Assembly (NCBI GenBank): GCA_043228905.1
Contig: JBHGNT010000046.1
Span: 124,001 to 188,000, forward strand
DNA: 64,000 bases
Source of the DNA: Azolla caroliniana
Taxonomy: Eukaryota > Plantae > Polypodiophyta
Reading direction: 5' to 3'
How positions within the stretch are numbered: the stretch's first letter is position 1; each line of letters begins with the position of its first letter. Under the pieces are notes generated by a model that saw nothing but the letters and a program-made list of their open reading frames with translations, made no database searches and was not told where the DNA came from. The translations under genes were made by a program, and so were the position numbers. Positions 55,300 through 64,000 of the stretch are shown piece after piece.

Positions 55300-55369
55300 A
55301 TGAACATTTTGTTTTACTCAAGGGCTCTTCTCAACGCCCTCCTCATGTTCGATATCACACTCGCCAGGT
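55300..55369 (+). other. Truncated 70-bp monomer (108-bp deletion)
   Basis: ATGAAC anchors at 55300 and 55370. The junction reads CTCATGTT|CGATATC at about 55349. Confidence 0.92.
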
Positions 55370-56699
55370 ATGAACATTTTCATTTTCCTACTAGCTCTTC
55401 CCAACTCACTCCTCAAATTTGGTAATTTCGTCATGTCTCTCGACCTGAGTTTCCAAATATTAATTTTTTCATACCATATCATAGCTAGTGTTGTTAGCTT
55501 CGATTCGCCTTTTTGAGCACAAAAATCCGATATGACACGAGCCAGGTATGAACATTTTAATTTACTCAAGGGCTCCTCCCAATTCACTCCTCAAATTTGC
55601 TAATTTCGTCAGGTCTCTCGACCTGAGTTTCAAAATCTTGATTTTTTAATTCCATATCATAGCTAGCGCTGTTAGCTGCGATTCGCATGTTTGAACACAA
55701 AAATCCGATATCACACGAGCAAGGTATGAACATTTTCATTTTCCTACTAGCTCTTCCCAACTCACTCCTCAAATTTGGTAATTTCGTCATGTCTCTCGAC
55801 CTGAGTTTCCAAATCTTAATTTTTTCATACCATATCATAGCTAGCGTTGTTAGCTTCGATTCGCATGTTTGAGCACAAAAATTCGATATCACACGAGCCA
55901 GGTATGAACATTTTAATTTACTCAAGGGCTCCTCTCAACTCACTCCTGAAATTTGCTAATTTCGTCATGTCTCTCGACCTGAGTTTCCAAATCTTGATTT
56001 TTTAATTCCATATCATAGCTAGCGTTGTTAGCTTCGATTCGCTTGTTTGAGGACAAAAATCCGATATCACACGACCCAGGTATGAACATTTTAATTTACT
56101 CAAGGGCTCCTCTCAACTCACTCCTCAAATTTGCTAATTTCGTCATGTCTCTCGACCTGAGTTTCAAAATCTTGATTTTTTAATTCCATATCATAGCTAG
56201 CGTTGTTAGCTTCGATTCGCATGTTTGAGCACAAAAATCCGATATCACACGAGCCACGTATGAACATTTTAATTTTCCTACTAGCTCTTCCCAACTCACT
56301 CCTCAAATTTGGTAATTTCGTCATGTCTCTCGACCTGAGTTTCAAAATCTTGATTTTTTAATTCCATATCATAGCTAGCGCTGTTAGCTTCGATTCGCAT
56401 GTTTGAACACAAAAATCCGATATCACACGAGCAAGGTATGAACATTTTGTTTTACTCAAGGGCTCCTCTCAACTCCCTCCTCTTGTTTGGTAATTTCGTC
56501 ATGTCTCTCGACCTGAGTTTCAAAATCTTGATTTTTTAATTCCATATCATAGCTAGCGTTGTTAGCTTCGATTCGCATGTTTGAACAAAAGAATACGATA
56601 TTACACGAGCCAGGTATGAACATTGTATTTTACTCAAGGCCTCCTCTCAACTCACTCCTCAAATTTGGTAATTTCATCATGTCTTTCGACCTGAGTTTC

Positions 56700-59600
56700 A
56701 AAATCTTGATTTTTTAATTCCATATTATAGCTAGCGCTGTTAGCTTCGATTCGCATGTTTGAACACAAAAATCCGATATCACACGAGCCAGGTATGAACA
56801 TTTTAATTTACTGAAGGGCTCCTCCCAACTCACTCGTCAAATTTTGTAATTTCGTCATGTCTCTCGACCTGAGTTTCATAATCTTGATTTTTTAATTCCA
56901 TATCATAGCTAGCGTTGTTAGCTTCGATTCGCATGTTTGAACACAAAATTCCGATATCACACGAGCTAGGTATGAACATTTTAATTTACTCAAGGGCTCC
57001 TTTCAACTCACTCCTGAAATTTGGTAATTTCATCATGTCTCTCGACCTGAGTTTCAAAATCTTGATTTTTTAATTCCATATCATAGCTAGCGCTGTTAGC
57101 TTCGATTCGCATGTTTGAACACAAAAATCCGATATCACACGAGCAAGGTATGAACATTTTGTTTTACTCAAGGGCTCCTCTCAACTCCCTCCTAAAATTT
57201 GGTAATTTCATCATGTCTTTCGACCTGAGTTTCAAAATCTCGATTTTTTAATTCCATATCATAGCTAGTGTTGTTAGCTTCGATTCGCATGTTTGACCAC
57301 AAAAATCCGATATCACACGAGCCACGTATGAACATTTTAATTTACCTCCAAGCTACTCTCAACTCCCTCCTAAAATTTGGTAATTTCATCATGTCTTTCG
57401 ACCTGAGTTTCAAAATCTTGATTTTTTAATTCCATATCATAGGTAGCGCTGTTAGCTTCGATTCGCATGTTTGAACATAAAAATCCGATATCACACGAGC
57501 CAGGTATGAACATTTTAATTTACTCAAGGGCTCCTCCGAACTCACTCGTGAAATTTGGTAATTTTGTCATGTCTCTCGACCTGAGTTTCATAATCTTGAT
57601 TTTTTAATTCCATATCATAGCTAGCGTTGTTAGCTTCGATTCGCATGTTTGAACACAAAAATCTGATATCACACGAGCCAGGTATGAACATTTTAATTTA
57701 CTCAAGGGCTCCTCCCAACTCACTCCTCAAATTTGGTAATTTCGTCATGTCTCTCGACCTGAGTTTCCAAATCTTGATTTTTTAATTCCATATCATAGCT
57801 AGCGTTGTTAGCTTCGATTCGCATGTTTGAGCACAAAAATCCGATATCACACGACCCAGGTATGAACATTTTAATTTACTCAAGGGCTCCTCTGAACTCA
57901 CTCAAATTTGCTAATTTCGTCATGTCTCTCGACCTGAGTTTCAAAATCTTGATTTTTTAATTCCATATCATAGCTAGCGTTGTTAGCTTCGATTCGCATG
58001 TTTGAACACAAAAATCCGATATCACACGAGCCAGGTATGAACATTTTAATTTACTCAAGGGCTCCTTTCAACTCACTCCTGAAATTTGGTAATTTTATCA
58101 TGTCTCTCGACCTGAGTTTCAAAATCTTGATTTTTTAATTCCATATCATAGCTAGCGCTGTTAGCTGCGATTCGCATGTTTGAACACAAAAATCCGATAT
58201 CACACGAGCAAGGTATGAACATTTTGTTTTACTCAAGGGCTCTTCTCAACTCCCTCCTCATGGTTGGTAATTTCGTCATGTCTCTCGACCTGAGTGTCAA
58301 AATCTTGATTTTTTAATTCCATATTATAGCTAGCGCTGTTAGCTTCGATTCGCATGTTTGAACACAAAAATCCGATATCACACGAGCCAGGTATGAACAT
58401 TTTAATTTACTGAAGGGCTCCTCCCAACTCACTCGTCAAATTTTGTAATTTCGTCATGTCTCTCGACCTGAGTTTCATAATCTTGATTTTTTAATTCCAT
58501 ATCATAGCTAGCGTTGTTAGCTTCGATTCGCATGTTTGAACACAAAATTCCGATATCACACGAGCCAGGTATGAACATTTTAATTTACTCAAGGGCTCCT
58601 TTCAACTCACTCCTGAAATTTGGTAATTTCATCATGTCTCTCGACCTGAGTTTCAAAATCTTGATTTTTTAATTCCATATCATAGCTAGCGCTGTTAGCT
58701 TCGATTCGCATGTTTGAACACAAAAATCCGATATCACACGAGCAAGGTATGAACATTTTGTTTTACTCAAGGGCTCCTCTCAACTCCCTCCTAAAATTTG
58801 GTAATTTCATCATGTCTTTCGACCTGAGTTTCAAAATCTCGATTTTTTAATTCCATATCATAGCTAGTGTTGTTAGCTTCGATTCGCATGTTTGACCACA
58901 AAAATCCGATATCACACGAGCCACGTATGAACATTTTAATTTCACTCCAAGCTACTCTCAACTCCCTCCTAAAATTTGGTAATTTCATCATGTCTTTCGA
59001 CCTGAGTTTCAAAATCTTGATTTTTTAATTCCATATCATAGGTAGCGCTGTTAGCTTCGATTCGCATGTTTGAACATAAAAATCCGATATCACACGAGCC
59101 AGGTATGAACATTTTAATTTACTCAAGGGCTCCTCCGAACTCACTCGTGAAATTTGGTAATTTTGTCATGTCTCTCGACCTGAGTTTCATAATCTTGATT
59201 TTTTAATTCCATATCATAGCTAGCGTTGTTAGCTTCGATTCGCATGTTTGAACACAAAAATCTGATATCACACGACCCAGGTATGAACATTTTAATTTAC
59301 TCAAGGGCTCCTCCCAACTCACTCCTCAAATTTGGTAATTTCGTCATGTCTCTCGACCTGAGTTTCCAAATCTTGATTTTTTAATTCCATATCATTGCTA
59401 GCGTTGTTAGCTTCGATTCGCATGTTTGAGCACAAAAATCCGATATCACACGACCCAGGTATGAACATTTTAATTTACTCAAGGGCTCCTCTGAACTCAC
59501 TCAAATTTGCTAATTTCGTCATGTCTCTCGACCTGAGTTTCAAAATCTTGATTTTTTAATTCCATATCATAGCTAGCGTTGTTAGCTTCGATTCGCATGT

Positions 59601-60100
59601 TTGAACACAAAAATCCGATATCACACGAGCCAGGTATGAACATTTTAATTTACTCAAGGGCTCCTTTCAACTCACTCCTGAAATTTGGTAATTTTATCAT
59701 GTCTCTCGACCTGAGTTTCAAAATCTTGATTTTTTAATTCCATATCATAGCTAGCGCTGTTAGCTGCGATTCGCATGTTTGAACACAAAAATCCGATATC
59801 ACACGAGCAAGGTATGAACATTTTGTTTTACTCAAGGGCTCTTCTCAACTCCCTCCTCATGTTTGGTAATTTCGTCATGTCTCTCGACCTGAGTGTCAAA
59901 ATCTTGATTTTTTAATTCCATATTATAGCTAGCGCTGTTAGCTTCGATTCGCATGTTTGAACACAAAAATCCGATATCACACGAGCCAGGTATGAACATT
60001 TTAATTTACTCAAGGGCTCCTCCCAACTCACTCGTCAAATTTTGTAATTTCGTCATGTCTCTCGACCTGAGTTTCATAATCTTGATTTTTTAATTCCATA
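56700..60100 (+). repeat. 9-mer (1,599 bp = 9x178 - 3) higher-order repeat containing a 175-bp monomer
   Basis: TCTGAACTCACTCAAA (CTC deletion) is at 57891 and 59490, and again at 63402. CATATTATAG is at 56721, 58320 and 59919. AACATAAAA is at about 57475 and 59074. Confidence 0.87.
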
Positions 60101-61329
60101 TCATAGCTAGCGTTGTTAGCTTCGATTCGCATGTTTGAACAGAAAAATCCGATATTACACGAGCCAGGTATGAACATTGTATTTTACTCAAGGGCTCTTC
60201 TCAACTCCCTCCTCATGTTTGGTAATTTCGTCATGTCTCTCGACCTGAGTTTCAAAATCTTGATTTTTTAATTCAATATCATAGCTAGCGTTGTTAGCTT
60301 CGATTCGCATGTTTGAACACAAATATCCGATATCACACGAGCCAGGTATGATCATTTTAATTTACTCAAGGGCTCCTTTCAACTCACTCCTGAAATTTGG
60401 TAATTTCATCATGTCTCTCTACCTGAGTTTCAAAATCTTGATTTTTTAATTCCATATCATAGCTAGCGCTGTTAGCTTCGATTCGCATGTTTGAACACAA
60501 AAATCCGATATCACACGAGCAAGGTATGAACATTTTGTTTTACTCAAGGGCTCTTCTCAACTCCCTCCTCATGTTTGGTAATTTCGTCATGTCTTTCGAC
60601 CTGAATTTCAAAATCTCGATTTTTTAATTCCATATCATAGCTAGTGTTGTTAGCTTCGATTCGCATGTTTGACCACAAAAATCCGATATCACACGAGCCA
60701 CGTATGAACATTTTAATTTACCTCCAAGCTACTCTCAGCTCCCTCCTAAAATTTGGTAATTTCATCATGTCTTTCGACCTGAGTTTCAAAATCTTGATTT
60801 TTTAATTCCATATCATAGGTAGCGCTGTTAGCTTCGATTCGCATGTTTGAACACAAAAATCCGATATCACACGAGCCAGGTATGAACATTTTAATTTACT
60901 CAAGGGCTCCTCCGAACTCACTCGTCAAATTTGGTAATTTTGTCATGTCTCTCGACTGAGTTTCATAATCTTGATTCTTTCATACCATATCATAGCTAGC
61001 GTTGTTAGCTTCGATTCGCATGTTTGAGCACAAAAATTCGATATCACACGAGCCAGGTATGAACATTTTAATTTACTCAAGGGCTCCTCTCAACTCACTC
61101 CTCAAATTTGGTAATTTCGTCATGTCTCTCGACCTGAGTTTCAAAATCTTTATTTTTTAATTCCATATCATAGCTAACGTTGTTAGCTTCGATTCGCATG
61201 TTTGAACACAAAAATCCGATATCACACGAGCCAGGTATGAACATTTTAATTTACTCAAGGGCTCCTTTCAACTCACTCCTGAAATTTGGTAATTTCATCA
61301 TGTCTCTCGACCTGAGTTTCAAAATCTTG

Positions 61330-63360
61330 ATTTTTTAATTCCATATCATAGCTAGCGCTGTTAGCTGCGATTCGCATGTTTGAACACAAAAATCCGATAT
61401 CACACGAGCAAGGTATGAACATTTTGTTTTACTGAAGGGCTCTTCTCAACTCCCTCCTCATGTTTGGTAATTTCGTCATGTCTCTCGACCTGAGTGTCAA
61501 AATCTTGATTTTTTAATTCCATATTATAGCTAGCGCTGTTAGCTTCGATTCGCATGTTTGAACACAAAAATCCGATATCACACGAGCCAGGTATGAACAT
61601 TTTAATTTACTCAAGGGCTCCTCCCAACTCACTCGTCAAATTTTGTAATTTCGTCATGTCTCTCGACCTGAGTTTCATAATCTTGATTTTTTAATTCCAT
61701 ATCATAGCTAGCGTTGTTAGCTTCGATTCGCATGTTTGAACAGAAAAATCCGATATTACACGAGCCAGGTATGAACATTGTATTTTACTCAAGGGCTCTT
61801 CTCAACTCCCTCCTCATGTTTGGTAATTTCGTCATGTCTCTCGACCTGAGTTTCAAAATCTTGATTTTTTAATTCACTATCATAGCTAGCGTTGTTAGCT
61901 TCGATTCGCATGTTTGAACACAAATATCCGATATCACACGAGCCAGGTATGAACATTTTAATTTACTCAAGCGCTCCTTTCAACTCACTCCTGAAATTTG
62001 GTAATTTCATCATGTCTCTCGACCTGAGTTTCATAATCTTGATTTTTTAATTCCATATCATAGCTAGCGTTGTTAGCTTCGATTCGCATGTTTGAACACA
62101 AAAATCCGATATCACACGAGCCAGGTATGAACATTTTAATTTACTCAAGGGCTCCTTTCAACTCACTCCTGAAATTTGGTAATTTTATCATGTCTCTCGA
62201 CCTGAGTTTCAAAATCTTGATTTTTTAATTCCATATCATAGCTAGCGCTGTTAGCTGCGATTCGCATGTTTGAACAGAAAAATCCGATATTACACGAGCC
62301 AGGTATGAACATTGTATTTTACTCAAGGGCTCTTCTCAACTCCCTCCTCATGTTTGGTAATTTCGTCATGTCTCTCGACCTGAGTTTCAAAATCTTGATT
62401 TTTTAATTCACTATCATAGCTAGCGTTGTTAGCTTCGATTCGCATGTTTGAACACAAATATCCGATATCACACGAGCCAGGTATGAACATTTTAATTTAC
62501 TCAAGCGCTCCTTTCAACTCACTCCTGAAATTTGGTAATTTCATCATGTCTCTCGACCTGAGTTTCATAATCTTGATTTTTTAATTCCATATCATAGCTA
62601 GCGTTGTTAGCTTCGATTCGCATGTTTGAACACAAAAATCCGATATCACACGAGCCAGTTATGAACATTTTAATTTACTCAAGGGCTCCTTTCAACTCAC
62701 TCCTGAAATTTGGTAATTTCGTCATGTCTCTCTACCTGAGTTTCAAAATCTTGATTTTTTAATTCCATATCATAGCTAGCGCTGTTAGCTTCGATTCGCA
62801 TGTTTGAACAGAAAAATCCGATATCACACGAGCAAGGTATGAACATTTTGTTTTACTGAAGGGCTCTTCTCAACTCCCTCCTCATGTTTGGTAATTTCGT
62901 CATGTCTCTCGACCTGAGTGTCAAAATCTTGATTTTTTAATTCCATATTATAGCTAGCGCTGTTAGCTTCGATTCGCATGTTTGAACACAAAAATCCGAT
63001 ATCACACGAGCCAGGTATGAACATTTTAATTTACTCAAGGGCTCCTCCCAACTCACTCGTCAAATTTTGTAATTTCGTCATGTCTCTCGACCTGAGTTTC
63101 ATAATCTTGATTTTTTAATTCCATATCATAGCTAGCGTTGTTAGCTTCGATTCGCATGTTTGAACAGAAAAATCCGATATTACACGAGCCAGGTATGAAC
63201 ATTGTATTTTACTCAAGGGCTCTTCTCAACTCCCTCCTCATGTTTGGTAATTTCGTCATGTCTCTCGACCTGAGTTTCAAAATCTTGATTTTTTAATTCA
63301 CTATCATAGCTAGCGTTGTTAGCTTCGATTCGCATGTTTGAACACAAATATCCGATATCA
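61330..63360 (+). repeat. Mixed 3-mer (534 bp) and 8-mer (1,424 bp) local higher-order repeats
   Basis: The CAAGCGCTCC SNP is at 61972 and 62506 (+534). TTCACTAT is at about 61876, 62410 and 63300. The ORF pair 61400/62824 is offset by +1424. Confidence 0.8.
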
Positions 63361-64000
63361 CACGACCCAGGTATGAACATTTTAATTTACTCAAGGGCTC
63401 CTCTGAACTCACTCAAATTTGCTAATTTCGTCATGTCTCTCGACCTGAGTTTCAAAATCTTGATTTTTTAATTCCATATCATAGCTAGCGTTGTTAGCTT
63501 CGATTCGCATGTTTGAACACAAAAATCCGATATCACACGAGCCAGGTATGAACATTTTAATTTACTCAAGGGCTCCTTTCAACTCACTCCTGAAATTTGG
63601 TAATTTTATCATGTCTCTCGACCTGAGTTTCAAAATCTTGATTTTTTAATTCCATATCATAGCTAGCGCTGTTAGCTGCGATTCGCATGTTTGAACACAA
63701 AAATCCGATATCACACGAGCAAGGTATGAACATTTTGTTTTACTCAAGGGCTCTTCTCAACTCCCTCCTCATGTTTGGTAATTTCGTCATGTCTCTCGAC
63801 CTGAGTGTCAAAATCTTGATTTTTTAATTCCATATTATAGCTAGCGCTGTTAGCTTCGATTCGCATGTTTGAACACAAAAATCCGATATCACACGAGCCA
63901 GGTATGAACATTTTAATTTACTCAAGGGCTCCTCCCAACTCACTCGTCAAATTTTGTAATTTCGTCATGTCTCTCGACCTGAGTTTCATAATCTTGATTT

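Larger units (their letters stand above)
1..64000 (+). repeat. 178-bp tandem satellite array (about 361.5 monomers, head-to-tail, single orientation), probably centromeric/pericentromeric
   Basis: Consensus read by eye: ATGAACATTTTAATTTACTCAAGGGCTCCTCTCAACTCACTCCTCAAATTTGGTAATTTCGTCATGTCTCTCGACCTGAGTTTCAAAATCTTGATTTTTTAATTCCATATCATAGCTAGCGTTGTTAGCTTCGATTCGCATGTTTGAACACAAAAATCCGATATCACACGAGCCAGGT (178 nt, 67 G+C). The ATGAAC anchor is at 6, 184, 362 ... 63904. The span of 63,898 bp plus 360 bp of observed deletions equals 361 x 178. The centromeric role is inferred, not shown. Confidence 0.98.

Noticed and set aside
839-63024. Many 60-133 aa ORFs on both strands (MLASIRMFEHK..., MISNFCAQ..., MSKLKCSY...)
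   Set aside because: They are translations of the satellite, opened when an SNP or indel removes a stop codon (for example TTTTAA>TTTCAT). The monomer length of 178 is not a multiple of 3, the ORFs overlap in antisense, and none has a recognisable domain.
1-64000. CRISPR-like or variable-cassette array (constant repeat plus variable box)
   Set aside because: The variable segments are a few recurring homologous alleles, not unique spacers. There are no cas, recombinase or reverse transcriptase genes and no leader.
1-64000. Identity with Arabidopsis CEN178 or alpha satellite, or presence of a CENP-B box
   Set aside because: Only the length is similar. I see no YTTCGTTGGAARCGGGA motif and no recognisable similarity from memory. 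A database search is needed to settle the family.
1-64000. 5S rDNA, tRNA or snRNA tandem array
   Set aside because: No 5S coding sequence, cloverleaf or convincing Pol III A/B boxes are visible in the monomer.
1-64000. Transposon insertions, inversions or telomeric repeats inside the array
   Set aside because: None was seen. The phase arithmetic closes exactly with deletions alone, leaving no room for foreign sequence, and all monomers read in one orientation.

Overview
The whole 64 kb window is one uninterrupted, head-to-tail tandem satellite array with a 178-bp monomer (about 361.5 copies, about 38% GC, single orientation). It is most likely centromeric or pericentromeric satellite DNA from a eukaryote. 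That functional label is inferred from monomer length and organisation; I do not recognise the family. I see no credible genes, RNA genes, transposons or CRISPR arrays, and all listed ORFs are by-products of the repeat. The informative structure is evolutionary. (i) Only 15 monomers appear to deviate from 178 bp, all are net deletions, and their sum (360 bp) exactly closes the phase across the window. (ii) Several indel junctions show microhomology or template-switch signatures, including a 155-bp monomer present five times. (iii) A 17-bp box has discrete, highly divergent alleles. (iv) Local higher-order repeats of 2, 3, 4, 7, 8 and 9 monomers occur in successive sequence domains. (v) Three nested or overlapping, near-identical tandem duplications of 53, 22 and 46 monomers (9,434, 3,916 and 8,187 bp) account for about 21.5 kb of the 21-54 kb region.
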